A stretch of 63,066 bases of DNA, filler included, from Octopus bimaculoides (lineage: Eukaryota), in the NCBI RefSeq assembly GCF_001194135.2. It is 4 parts of 4 records of this genome, joined end to end, with 100 filler letters (N's around TTAATTAATTAA, not from the genome) between each part and the next. Parts side by side here need not be neighbours in the genome. Positions count along the whole stretch, not along the records: positions 31,737 to 56,673 come from NC_068985.1; positions 56,774 to 63,066 come from NC_068982.1; 2 more parts are not named here. One strand, 5' to 3'. Numbering within the stretch: position 1 is the first letter of the stretch; each line of letters starts with the position of its first letter. Made by a program: the position numbers and the translations under genes. The notes beneath the pieces were generated by a model, which saw only the letters and a program-made list of their open reading frames with translations, was not told the DNA's origin and searched no databases. Positions 50,261 to 63,066 of the stretch are shown here, piece by piece.

Positions 50261-51209
50261 GGTGATATACAGAGATAATAATTACATATATCAAATTGTA
50301 GGAAATATGATTTTCTTCTTTTATTTAATGAGCGCAGAACCAAGTGATCGGGTCACCCGTAATACTCCAAAGTGGTAAACTGACATTACTCTTTACGCAA
50401 GGGATAACCCTACTAATAATAGATTCACTTATTCTACCAAGGTCGGATATTTTAAAGCAAGCCCACTGTTCGTCTAATATGCCTATGAGTGGAAGGGAAG
50501 ATAAGAGTGATGTGACTAAAGTAGAGCGTGCAAGCGCGTGTGTATATCTCAGGACGAAGTGCATGGCCGAATGCGTGTGTCTCTATGAGTGGGTGAACAT
50601 AAGATTATGTGAGCCTCTGTGTGCGTATGAAAGCGTGTGTATATGTGTATAAGTAAACAGTACGTGCGCTGTGTGGAGTGATGTGTGCTCAGTGTATTTA
50701 TGTGTTTGTGTGTGAGGCTAACAGATATGTAGTCTGTATANNNNNNNNNNNNNNNNNNNNNNNNNNNNNNNNNNNNNNNNNNNNNNNNNNNNNNNNNNNN
50801 NNNNNNNNNNNNNNNNNNNNNNNNNNNNNNNNNNNNNNNNNNNNNNNNNNNNNNNNNNNNNNNNNNNNNNNNNNNNNNNNNNNNNNNNNNNNNNNNNNNN
50901 NNNNNNNNNNNNNNNNNNNNNNNNNNNNNNNNNNNNNNNNNNNNNNNNNNNNNNNNNNNNNNNNNNNNNNNNNNNNNNNNNNNNNNNNNNNNNNNNNNNN
51001 NNNNNNNNNNNNNNNNNNNNNNNNNNNNNNNNNNNNNNNNNNNNNNNNNNNNNNNNNNNNNNNNNNNNNNNNNNNNNNNNNNNNNNNNNNNNNNNNNNNN
51101 NNNNNNNNNNNNNNNNNNNNNNNNNNNNNNNNNNNNNNNNNNNNNNNNNNNNNNNNNNNNNNNNNNNNNNNNNNNNNNNNNNNNNNNNNNNNNNNNNNNN
51201 NNNNNNNNN

Positions 51210-51415
51210 TACGTGTTTGACCGCCCCTCCCACTGCCACTGCTTGACAACCAATGCTGGTGTGTTTGCGTCCCCGTAACTTAGCGGTTCGGCAAACGAGA
51301 TCGATAGAATAAGTACTAGGCTTCCAAAGAATAAGTCTTGGGGTCGATTTGTTCGACTAAAGGCGGTGCTCCTCATGGCCGTAGTCAAATGACTGAAACA
51401 AGTAAAAGAGTAAAG
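51210..51415 (+). mobile_element. Composite SINE 3' half, little diverged
   Basis: gcttgacaacc...gtccccgtaacttagcggttcggcaaa...cgatagaataagtactaggc...ggcggtgctcc..atggccgtagtcaaatgactgaaacaagtaaaagag. Confidence 0.85.
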
Positions 51416-52619
51416 AGTATGTATATATATATATATACATTATATATACATGCTTTTATGCACATGTGTATATGTGTGAAAGATGTGCGTGTGTGATTGT
51501 GTGCATGAGAATTGAGTATACCAGCGTTTTAAGTAGGACATGGAGAATTATTTATATGCATGTAGACAAAATTCTAAAATGGAACAAACAGTTCTTCGTA
51601 TCTGTCAACGCTTTAAAATCATTGTTGTATGCTAAATAATCAATAAATCGAAATAAGATACTATCTAAAATACCACAAAAGAAATTACGATAGCGTAAAT
51701 AAATTTAAACAGAATATAAATCTTTGATAATTTGCGTCTCTGTTACATTTTCTCGTTTTTGCTTAAATTATTAGAAAACATCGTTCAGGTGTATTTAACA
51801 TAAATCAACAAATGTTATTTCTGCTAACTTAACTAGAAAGAAACTATAATGTTCAAATTGTATAGAGCTTCAGAAGATAAATATGCGTTAACGTAGAAAA
51901 TGATTTTTTTTATGCCATCAGTGATCGGTGTGTATGCATACATGTAAGTATCAATATATATATATATATANNNNNNNNNNNNNNNNNNNNNNNNNNNNNN
52001 NNNNNNNNNNNNNNNNNNNNNNNNNNNNNNNNNNNNNNNNNNNNNNNNNNNNNNNNNNNNNNNNNNNNNNNNNNNNNNNNNNNNNNNNNNNNNNNNNNNN
52101 NNNNNNNNNNNNNNNNNNNNNNNNNNNNNNNNNNNNNNNNNNNNNNNNNNNNNNNNNNNNNNNNNNNNNNATATATATATGTATGCATGTATATGTATAT
52201 GTATGTGTATGTATGGTGTATGTATGTATGTGTGTGTGTATGTATGTATTATGTATGCATATGTAAGCTAGGGGTAATTCTAGATGTGGGGCGAACAACA
52301 TGCAGAAAAATAATTTATCTTTGTCTTAGAGAATTCTTTTATTCTTTTACATGTTTCGGCCCGAAAGCTGTGGCCGTGTTGGAGCACTGCCCGTAATGTA
52401 AATTATATTATATTTGTCTTGTGTGCAGACAATATCAATATCTGTATGTGCAGACCTAGCAGCCTCCCAGATGTGATAGGAATATTCACAATTCAGCTTG
52501 TAATTCGCGACGTAAGCTTGGCAGTGTGAGGTTGAGGGAGGGTTAAAGATTTTTGTAACGTCGGTGAGTGACGAGTATTGAGATATATGAGTGTGGGATT
52601 CAAACTCTAATCACTGGAG

Positions 52620-53150
52620 AACGCCTGAGAAGAGAATGAGAGGTATGTAACTGTCAAGTCACACAACAATAGTGCCATCTGATTGACAGCTTTCGGTCCA
52701 TTGGATTAAAATCAGTTGAAGGTCATTGGTAGGTAGTTTCAATAAGATATGTCTATGCCAGACACTACTGAAAGCTTTCCTGCTGCCAAGGGCAACAATG
52801 TGGCTTTCACTATATTTTTCTAAATCGATAGCAAACTGTTGGGTGACATAGTATGCCACATTAACAGGGGATCAATGCATACGGGATCCATAAGATACTC
52901 TTTAGGTCTAAAGGTAATTCAAGCTGTAGGCAACTTTGTTATAGTCTATCTCCATGAACGTAGAGATTATAGGAAGTGAATGCAATAGAACGATATATTG
53001 CTTGTTCAAAAAACTTGACCGATGCAGATCATTGTAAAAATGGAATAAAACAAATAAGTGAGAATCAGGAGAAGTACTGTGGTGCAACGTATTTGTCTAA
53101 TAGAACAGATTTTGTCAAGGCCACTACCCTTGTTAATTTGAGGCCAGCAG
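52620..53150 (-). mobile_element. CR1/L2-group LINE reverse transcriptase remnant
   Basis: AIYRSIAFTS (cf. NYRPIALTS) and AYYVTQQ...VALGSRKAFSSVWHRHILLKL...W (cf. VALDISKAFDRVWH..LL.KL). Confidence 0.65.
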
Positions 53151-56100
53151 AATAAACTGTGTAATTGGCGTTTGTGTATTCAAGGAAACACCTTACAGTG
53201 TGGAAGAGGACAGATTTGGAGATCTGCAAAGTTTACTCAGTGTGGCTTTAGTTGCAAATCAGGTGCTGAAGGTAGAAGCTTCATTCGATTATTTTTCTTT
53301 TCGAATTCGTCATAGAGTGCTAGTTTCTCGACTTCTTCATGGTTAATATATGAACAGAAGTTATCGAGCACATTGGAGTAGAAAAATACCAGTTCTCTTC
53401 GATAATTAAATTTGAACGATTTGCCTGGATCTTCTCATTCTATACTAATATTCTTCTGATTATAAAGTCAAAATTATACCACAGTCTCTTAAGTTTACTT
53501 AGAAACGTAAGCGTATTCTTTAACAGTTTTCATATTGCCTGCATCTTTTACGCGTACAAGTTATAGTATACTAAAGGCTGAGCAGCCAGATTTTTCACTA
53601 GCTCATTACTTTTCATGTTAGCTAGAGCTAGAAAGCTTTATTTTTCTTTCATTTTTGTTTTTTCTATGAGTTGATCTGTTTCTGATCTTAGTCCAAAGGG
53701 TTTCCTCCAATGATGGCTTTTACGCTGACGTACTCTTTTCTTTGTCGATATCCACAGCTTTTCCTCTCGGGCGAGATTTTCTTCAGTTTCTTTGTCTTTA
53801 CTACATTTTCAATTTTGGGTTCTTCTTATGATTTCCTTAGTTCTTCAAAGAATTATCTTTTATGTTGATAGCTAGTTTCAGGATACACAAACGTCTTTGT
53901 TTTATTTGATTTCTTTATTATACTAATCAGTTTAGATTTCCTTGCTTCGAAGAGCTCTTGTCAATCCCCAGCAATAATACTTTATGAAGTACTGTACTCT
54001 AAGCATGCTGCACAGATATATCTTTACTATATAGGCTTTAGTATCGTGAGGCATTCATTCTTCATAATTTCCTTGTTCTTCTATGTTCTTCATTTCACTT
54101 AACTTCGAATATCTCATGCTGAAACTGTTGTTTCAAACAATTATTGCTACTGTATTTATAGCTTTTCGCTTGAAAACCGCATTATGAATCTCTCACATAT
54201 CTTGCGGAGAGTAGTGGAACATACAGGCTTGACCAGCTGGAAGTATGTAACTGCAAATTTGCACGTATGCAACTTGGAATATTGGTCGCTTCTTTAGAAA
54301 TAGCTTCGATGGAGAGATTCAGTAGGAGATCGAATGACAAACGTTTCCCGGTACAGCACAGTTCACCTGTTGATTAGGTAAATCAAGAGATGCTGGTTTA
54401 AACAGAAGTTTTCTAATTTTGGAACTGGCCATCAGTATTGAGTCTGGTTCTTCTTTCTTTGAGGCTCATGTGGCCATACTCGAATTTGATTTAAATTCTA
54501 AAGTATAGGCATTAAATATGTATATTTGTGTGATATGAGGGAATTTGCGCCTTCCTTTGTAGTTTTTTAAAAACTTTTCCATAGAAATATGCTGGTTTCT
54601 AAACTCCTGAAAATACACATCTCTAAAGTAACAACAAATACTGAACTTTCCGAATATCAATTAGATGTTCTCCTTCTTTGAACAAAGGCTCTATAATCAA
54701 ATGTGCCAATATATATATTCGTCTTGTAAAGGAATTTGTATGTTTGGAAAAATTAAAGTATATATGTTCACATTCCAAATAAGTTTAATAAAATACTTGT
54801 ATCTGAGAGGTATAGGATCCCACAGCGATAACTGCATTTTCAATAATGCCTGCTGTGTTTGCATTCCAAGTGTCACATGATGTAACAATCACCAAAGCAG
54901 CATATGTTGCAGTTCTATGCACGTTGGTATCCTTCTGAGGCTGCCACTCAGAATGCAAAATTTGTTATGAAGATTATGAGGAATGATGTCCACCGATAAT
55001 GCAGTAGGAGATGTCCAGTAGGAATGTTCGAGAAATCATCTGAAATTCAATGAACCTGATAAGATATTGCTAAGATCCCTTTGAATCACGTGGATAAGGC
55101 ACTTAATTTTGTTGAAGCTGTTTAATTAATGCTTTCGGAGGGATAATATGTGACACACAAATGGAGGTACCACATATCTTAGGTCTTACCCCTCTTTGTT
55201 TCCAGTGAATGAAATCCTGGATGCATGTGTTTAATTATACATGTATCTATCAGTGTGCAGGAACAAGAAATGAATAATAAAAGAATATATAAAAGGACAT
55301 ATCGATGAAATATAGCCTAATCAAAGCTAATTAGATAATGCCACAAAGCGTATCAGAATAAATAAATCGATTATCATTTTCATACACGAATAAATGACTA
55401 GCATTGTTCTGGAATAAATATCTAGTATTGTTCCTGAATAATTCTAGGCTTGTAATTCGTGAACTGAACATTTGGACCTAACATTGAAATCTTCGCTCAA
55501 CCTCAATACGTTCAGAACAATGCTATTATTCTCAAACTCTCTGCCTATATACTAGTTACTAATACGAATAAATCATCTAGTAGTTCTAGGAGGAAAATGA
55601 TATACGACGAAATAAAACATAAATCAAACTTACATAAAATATTTTCAGCATTGTTGTAAAATAATTTATATTCTCAAAATTACATAAAAACAGCTCAAAA
55701 TATATATTCTATATATAACATACATTTCTTAGTAACTATTTAACTAGCTGGGACTGCATCTATCTTCAGCTAAAGAGATTGATGCAAGCATATTAACGTT
55801 CTTTTGATATTAGTAGAAACATACGATGACTTACATGATGGTTTGAAATCATGCACATTTTTGTCAGTGTGTATTATTCTTGCTGGTTCAGAGAACATTT
55901 TACTAGTAGACTTGTCAATGTAATTCTCATAAAAGATTTTCACCAACAAATAAGCAAACTCAGACGAATTCTATCGGGAATTTGATTTCGGTCCATCTTG
56001 TTCAGATGTCGGGTTCTGAAAGCATTAAAAGAAAATACGATCAATTCATGGAGATAGTTGGTATTTCACATACCAATATTGAAACATGGAATATATTTTT

Positions 56101-56773
56101 CTGTCAAAGAATAATAACTATCTATACTCATTGAATGTTGTTTATAATATAGAGGGCAGTCATAAAAGAAGTCAATTGGGTCATCGTGATAACATGGGAA
56201 ACTTCTCGAAAACAAAATCTATATTGATAAATAATACTCAATATACATGTATACAAGTGTTTACATATATGCGTGCGTTTGTGTAAGTGTGTGTGTGTGT
56301 GACTATATGTTAGTATACATTTATGTCCATATATGTACGTATATGTAGATATATATATCTGCGTGTGTGTGTAATGGTGTCTACACACACATAAATGCAT
56401 ATATATATATATAGAAAAGTGACAAAAAAGCCAGAATGCTAAACTGGAAGCATATTTTAATAAAGATTTCTTCTAACCGGTTTTCATTGCGTAAAGCAAA
56501 TTATCAAGAAGAAGGAGAATGAAAATGTTTTTTTACAAAGAAGTACAAAATGAAGAAAATATATAAAACAATAATATATAAAAAAAATAAATATACCCAT
56601 ACATTATATTGTCTTTGAGGTTTTGAAGTTCAATAGTAGTTCATGTATAAACTGGTAGGAAAAATAAGGATGCNNNNNNNNNNNNNNNNNNNNNNNNNNN
56701 NNNNNNNNNNNNNNNNNTTAATTAATTAANNNNNNNNNNNNNNNNNNNNNNNNNNNNNNNNNNNNNNNNNNNN

Positions 56774-56804
<31 letters not shown>

Positions 56805-57263
56805 GTATGTATACATATATCAATTGTATAAAGTTAAAACATGGTCTGGTTTTCACGTGTTTTATTATGGTATTTTAAAAAGATAATTTTTATTCAGTAT
56901 TAAAGTGTTAAACAATAAAAAATATTTTGTAATGTTCACAAAATTCAATTAACGCTTTTATAGTTATTATAGCGTTCGTAGTAATCATCAGAATGAGCTC
57001 TTGACAAGTGTAGTAAAGTGACTGATGTCTTACCGTTTATACCTTTCAAAAGGCTCCAACAAGCTGAATTTTTGGAATACGGATTTGAACAATCTGTATG
57101 CAGCTTCTATGTCACGGTTTGCCGGGCGTACCCATATTACTGGCATAGATCCGCCTTCATTTTAACCAATAGTTTGCGGTTTACATGTAATGGTTTTATA
57201 AGAGAGCAAAGTTAGTTGGTTTCGATCGTTTTTATTTGAAGTGGTAGAAGTCTTCTGTAATTT

Positions 57264-58260
57264 TTGTATATTCATACAGACAAAAACAAAATTCAATTGA
57301 ACGAGGGAAAATTTGAGCAGATACATTTTGGAAGAAAGTCTATACTAAAACAGCCATACTCTCTTCCTTCAAGAGAACCGCACGCGACATCCAATAATAT
57401 CAGAGATTTAGGTGTAATTGTTGATAACAATCTCAATTGGAGTGCCCACATCAACAATAAGGTCGATATAGCTAGAAAGATAAGCTCCTGGATCTTAAAA
57501 AACTTCCGGTCCAGAGAACAAGGTGTCATCATTCCGCTTTTCTCCTCCTTTTACGGTCACACCTCGAATATTGCTGCCCCTTGTGGTCTCCCCATGCAAA
57601 ACAAAACATCTGGAGGATTGAATCACTGCAGAAGGCACTCACTAAACGAATTGAAGGCATGACTGATCTCGATTACTGGGACTGCCTTAAAGCCTTGCAG
57701 CTCTACTCTCTCCAGCGCCGCCGCGAGCGGTACATCATCTGTACGATGTGGAGAATATACCAGCATTGCCCAAACGACCTGAACATTAGTTTCAAGGTTC
57801 ATCCAAGGCTGGAACCACGGGCCATACGTCCCTTGCCCAAATCAGGATCACAGCATATAGGTACACNNNNNNNNNNNNNNNNNNNNNNNNNNNNNNNNNN
57901 NNNNNNNNNNNNNNNNNNNNNNNNNNNNNNNNNNNNNNNNNNNNNNNNNNNNNNNNNNNNNNNNNNNNNNNNNNNNNNNNNNNNNNNNNNNNNNNNNNNN
58001 NNNNNNNNNNGCGGCATAATTTCTTTTCCTCAACAAAACAGATAAAAGAGGAAAAGCATCCTATCAGCTTTAAACGGAGTCTGGACAGATTTCTTCAAGG
58101 AATACCAGATAAGCCACCATACCTTGATACAACTCACTCAACAAGAACTCATTACTTGAATGGACCATAAACAAAACTTGACTTAAAAAGGATTTAAATA
58201 ATCCTATCATGTGGTGCTAATAAGTTAGGCATGGTCTGGACCAATCGTTGGTTTATCTAA
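57264..58260 (+). mobile_element. CR1/L2-group LINE 3' end (RT C-terminus and 3' UTR)
   Basis: RDLGVIVDNNLNWSAHI...SWILKNFRSR, frameshift near 57555, then WSPH...IESLQKALTKRIEGMTDLDYWDCLKALQLYSLQRRRERY. N-gap. 3' UTR ends near tatctaagtat repeats. Confidence 0.85.
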
Positions 58261-58384
58261 GTATATTTATCATATGTTAAAGTATATTTATCATATGTTA
58301 TAGTTTATCTAAGTATATTTATATGTTAAAGGTGTTTTTAATCCACATCATTAAATGGTTGTTATATTATTGTTGTTATTTCCG

Positions 58385-59000
58385 TTCAGAACAGGTTTAA
58401 ACCTTTGTAATAAACAGTTTTTCTTGTGTCACGCAGTTTGGAGGAAGGAAAAATTAGAAGCATTTTCTGACCGCTTGTTTCTACATGTTTGCTGAATGCA
58501 ATTTGGCGAACATTAGTGTTCCAGATTTATTGTCAGTGAACCTATGAGCGTTCCGATAATGCATTACCTGTCTCGCAAATATGTATAGTTCCTCTCAATT
58601 CGGGCATTTAATGTAGTAGATCAAATTTTTGTTTTTGCAGTTTATATCGGCATTTGCAAAAATATGTCCATTTCTTGTTCTAAGAGATCTACCAGTATGC
58701 ATGTATTGATATGTTTTAACTCTGTTATCACCGCATTTGGATACTATTAATGTTTTATCCTGTTAGTTCATGTTGAAGTTTACCTTTGTTAATAGTTTAT
58801 TTAGAATATGTGGTTGCCTTTTTCTTAAGATAAGTGTTTGATCATTTATTATGTTTTTTAATCCACTTTGTTCCATGATTGGCAAATTTATTTTGATGAT
58901 GTTTAAAATGTTTTGGTGATGAGGATCGTGTGTCACTAGAAATGGTATTGTGTTCCGTTGACGGGTTTGTCTTTCTCGTGTTGCCCCAAGTTGTTCTAAA
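58385..59000 (-). mobile_element. Penelope-like element linker and GIY-YIG endonuclease remnant
   Basis: IPFLVTHDP...NILNIIKINLPI...KRQPHILNKLLTK linker, then ETGNALSER..VH.Q.I...RQIAFSKHV...LIFP and a frameshifted FIT.FKPVLN end. Confidence 0.75.
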
Positions 59001-61060
59001 GGNNNNNNNNNNNNNNNNNNNNNNNNNNNNNNNNNNNNNNNNNNNNNNNNNNNNNNNNNNNNNNNNNNNNNNNNNNNNNNNNNNNNNNNNNNNNNNNNNN
59101 NNATGTGCATGTGTTTGTGTTGACTGTGTGCGTGAGTCTCTGTTTGTGCATGTTCGTGTATGCGCGCCGATGAGTCTTCACTAATTTGCTATGCATATAG
59201 TGCCGGAAAGTATATGTTATAATAATTCTCTGCACGTTAATAAGCAATACATACAGTTGTATCGACATGTTCGTGTGTGTGTGCGGTGTGCTCATATATG
59301 GCTTTGTATGTGCGTGCACATCTGTTTGTGCTTACTTGCAGGTGCGCGGATGCATGTTTGTGCGTCTTTGTATACCTGTGGGTTTGCGTGTGTGCATGAG
59401 AATGTCTGTTTTGTCTATATGCAAATCTAAATGTGTGAAAACGTTTTGCAATAGTGTTTAAAGCTAATGCATATATGCATGCGCGCGCGCGTGTGTGTGT
59501 GTGTGTGTGTGCACTTTCTGCAGCTTATATGATAGAGTTATTTGCGTCTGCATTGGCTTGCTCTGGTTAAACTACTTCAAACTGAATACCAGTGTGTCTG
59601 GTCTTGCTATATAGCTCGAAACAAGCCCTGATGTTTTAGTCTTATAACCAAAAACATGTTTTGATTGCAAACTGTGCCAAGCACTATATTTCACTGTAAT
59701 TTCTTACGTTTTAACCTAACTTTTAAACGGCTTAGTTTCCCTTGAAGTTGTTTTGTCATTTGTTTCTCAAGGAATCAGGACACCTTCCCCAAATATCCCT
59801 TTCTTAGAGAAATGCATATTTACCTATCTGAGCATGGCCTTATTTCGTGTATATATACACTTCAGATATGCGTTTTAGAACTCTTCATTTCCAAATAAAT
59901 ATGAGGTCAATTAAAAATGTGATATGTCAATGTTAGTACCATGCAAAACTATGTACGCATTCTTAATTTTTGCATTGCATAAAAAATCACAAATAAAGCA
60001 ATAGAGATATTTAAATGTTCCTCATTTGACTGACTAACAAGCATCACTGATTGCCTTTCACGGGATTCATTTGGTTACATGTTCTCAGTAATGATAATTT
60101 CCTCTGGGTAAAAAAAAAAAAAATCAATATATGAATTTATAAATATATGAAAAATTATGAAGCTGCAAATACACACGCATGTACACACACACAAACTCAT
60201 ACAAACCAGCGTTTGCATACACATAAATATATATAACATTGAAGTTGATTGATGATACGTAGTTACTCAGCCCCATCTTCTTTCAAATAAGCACCCATAG
60301 CTTAAGAATTGCAAGTGTTGCATTACGTAATGCAAACCTGGATAGCCTCTAGACAGGTGAAATAGACACTGATAGAAAGCATTTTCTACAAAACTACTTG
60401 ACCAAAATCGACAAAAGCATTCTAGTTCTGAAATGAATTAGCGACTGCTATTTCAGTACTCATCAAACCCAACAATTTCCGTTAACATAGCTTAGAGCAA
60501 AATATACTTATATAGATTTCTTAAAATTGCGATCGACTTGATAAAGCCAAATGCTACCAATTGGTGAAAAACGCTCAGGTTCAACAGACATATTTCAAAC
60601 CGCATTGAAAGTACGCTAAATCATCTTCCATCTTCGTAATACCCGCATTGTTTAATCCTTATATTATTTTTAACACATTGTTATGATTGTATTATCTCTT
60701 CTAAATAAGTCATCGCCTATCAACCTCTCCATCAAATTCTTCTTTTATTCAATAATTTTTCCAGCACGAATGAAACCGGAGCAAAGATATTAACTTGAAA
60801 TTATATACAAAGAAATGTTCTAAAAACTGTAAAATTCACACTATGTAAAACATCCATTGCCGTCGAATATCCACCCATCGAAAGAACAACAGATATTTTT
60901 TTTTTTTTTGAAATCAAACATGAAAGGTCATACACAACCGATGGACGCGCTCATTTTACTTCGTCAAAATAAAATATATATATTAATATCCTATAAAGTA
61001 AGAGCAGGAATTTTTTACATGTGTGTGTGTGTATGTGTGTGTGTGCAGTGTTTATACACA

Positions 61061-61092
<32 letters not shown>

Positions 61093-61472
61093 NNNNNNNN
61101 NNNNNNNNNNNNNNNNNNNNNNNNNNNNNNNNNNNNNNNNNNNNNNNNNNNNNNNNNNNNNNNNNNNNNNNNNNNNNNNNNNNNNNNNNNNNNNNNNNNN
61201 NNNNNNNNNNNNNNNNNNNNNNNNNNNNNNNNNNNNNNNNNNNNNNNNATATATATATATATATGTATTAGACAGAATATATATCAGACAGAATAAGATA
61301 ACAAAGCCAAGACTGCGAGGAGTTTTCAGGACATTTATAATGTAATAGTCTTACCCCTGTTTCTGGGATCTTATGGATATCCCTTCATCAGAGACGGTGT
61401 GAGAAAATTTGGGTCTTCTAGATACCAATACTTCTCATATATATGTTCGCATATACATATGAGAGGAGATAG

Positions 61473-61533
<61 letters not shown>

Positions 61534-62101
61534 GAGGCGTATACGTTCTCAGAACGCAAATAGGTGTGCCACGAAAATTCCAGTCACACCAGCGGTTGAA
61601 AAGGGAATGGCGGCTTCCATTTGAGTCTGTAGGTAAAGGTTAAAGTAGTGAGGAAAGACAAACAATTACCCAATGCAGGACAAGGAAATTTGACTTTATT
61701 TAATTCAATCTAAAAATTTAGCTACATAACGACAGCTCTTTCTGGAATATCCCAGCTATTGCAGCATCGTATCGAGAGAGAACTCTATAAGATGAGTGTT
61801 CCGTCATTGGAGAAATGTAGGTGGAGTATGTTCCTTATTAATGATATTATTGTGGTTCATTATGTTCAGGAGTGTTGGAGAGTTCAATTAAATCCTCTTG
61901 TATCAGGTTTTCTTTAGGGAAATACATGACCAGAAAGGGAGATTAAGTGATTCGGTAATGTGAGAAGAGGGAAAGAATAACTCTGCAGTGCTTCGTATTG
62001 AGGGGAAATGAAAGTGAATGGTAGCTGATCCAGCGTTGTGCATGGAATAAAGATACATTCTGGTAAAGGCAAAGATAAAAAGTTATATTTCAGGCTTACC
62101 T

Positions 62102-62198
62102 ATATTTTGCTGATGATGGAATACACATCTTATAGAATCTTCGCTCGATACTATGCTCCAATACCTGGGATATCCCAGAAACAGCTGTCAGAGAATAT
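62102..62198 (+). ncRNA. Degenerate hammerhead-like motif with expanded stem II region
   Basis: CTGATGA-TGG at 62110-62119, TGGGA-ta-TCCCA-GAAAC-AGCT-GTC at 62166-62189. Flanks atattttg / agagaatat pair partly. Confidence 0.4.
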
Positions 62199-62298
62199 CT
62201 TTACCTGTTTGTACTCTTTTTATCATTCGTTATGCTGCTAAAATTTTAGATTGAATGAAATGAAATCAAATGTCCTTGTTTTATACACATACGTGTGT

Positions 62299-62370
<72 letters not shown>

Positions 62371-62409
62371 TGCTTGTGTGTGTGTCACTGTGTGTGTACA
62401 CATCTATAA

Positions 62410-62555
62410 GCTGGATCGGCAGAATGGTTAGCACGCCAGGCAAAATGCTTGGCGCCATTTCGTTCATCTTCACGTTCTGAGTTCAAATTGCTCCAGTATT
62501 GACTTTATATTTCATCGCTTTGATATAATCGCCACCCCGAAATTGCTGGGCTTAT
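62410..62555 (+). mobile_element. SINE family B copy
   Basis: ggcagaatggttagcacgccaggcaaaatgctt...acgttctgagttcaaattg...gactttatatttcatc. Confidence 0.7.
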
Positions 62556-62699
62556 GACAACATTTGAACTATATGTATGTGTGCGTGTGCGTATGTGTGT
62601 ATATGCACGTGACTGTGTTTATGAGAGATTTTATGTTCCCAAAGCATATACTTCTGAATATATTGTTTGCATCTCTCACACTCTGTATACATACATATA

Positions 62700-63066
62700 T
62701 ATTTTATTTTTATTTATTTATTTATGTGTTTCAGCCAAGTGGCTGCGGTCATGCTGGTGCACCACCGTGATTTTCACGTTCCTCGCATGGCTCTTCTCCC
62801 CCACCTGACATGGTCCAACCAAGAGTTTTGATGGCACATCTGGTGTATAAGAGAATTTGACATAGCTGCCCTAAACTGCGTCTCATTACGAGCCATTGGT
62901 TCGTCTGGTATCGTGGAGAGGAAAGCGTCGTCAAGTTTTGTCTTGAAGACCTCCGCATCCATGTCTTGCATGTCTCTCAAATGTTTAGGCAGGGCATTGA
63001 AGAGCTGAGGTCCTCTGAAACCGAGGCTGCTGCAGTATCTCGTTCTTATGTGAGATGCAGTGGCCG
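62700..63066 (-). mobile_element. CR1/L2-group LINE 3' end (continues past window edge)
   Basis: SLGFRGPQLFNALPKHLRDMQDMDAEVFKTKL..FLSTIPDEP...RAAMSNSLIHQ, then 3' UTR ending GGTGGTGCACCAGCATGACCGCAGCCACTTGGCTGAAACAC-(ATAA)n. Confidence 0.85.

Noticed and set aside
48713-50482. Idea that FYVKELVACLK and KISDLG are exons of one protein kinase
   Set aside because: On the minus strand they would occur in the wrong subdomain order.
53300-54450. Possible decayed LINE endonuclease (IIAGD-like, QFQH-like words)
   Set aside because: Motifs are in different frames and not in convincing order. A profile search is needed.

Overview
Repeat-dominated eukaryotic DNA with many N-gaps. The SINE families and extreme microsatellite density suggest a cephalopod, most likely Octopus (inference from recalled repeat consensus, no search run). 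I could not recognise any host protein-coding gene or functional tRNA/rRNA. Most six-frame ORFs are microsatellite or N-gap artefacts. Supportable content: (i) dozens of tRNA-headed SINE copies from about 4 families; (ii) two Tc1/mariner remnants (a DD37D/maT-type deletion derivative and an apparently chimeric mariner) and a TTAA-flanked piggyBac-like MITE; (iii) LINE remnants (CR1/L2-group, RTE, R2-Hero-like, R4/Dong-like, zinc-knuckle ORF1); (iv) several Penelope-like element (PLE) fragments. The most interesting signal is RNA structure. Two complete type I hammerhead ribozyme folds lie on the minus strand (1342-1414 and 46211-46299). Both have intact CUGAAGA/GAAA/GUA cores, long stem II, a U.U pair at the base of stem II and a (near-)palindromic stem III. 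At least five degenerate hammerhead-like motifs are also present. The second complete fold sits in a young PLE bounded by a 111-bp near-perfect inverted repeat. Hammerheads in PLE pseudo-LTRs are established biology, so novelty would lie in this variant architecture and any activity, which are untested. Several splice-site-bounded open frames on the minus strand hint that the window may be intronic, but they could not be assembled into a gene.
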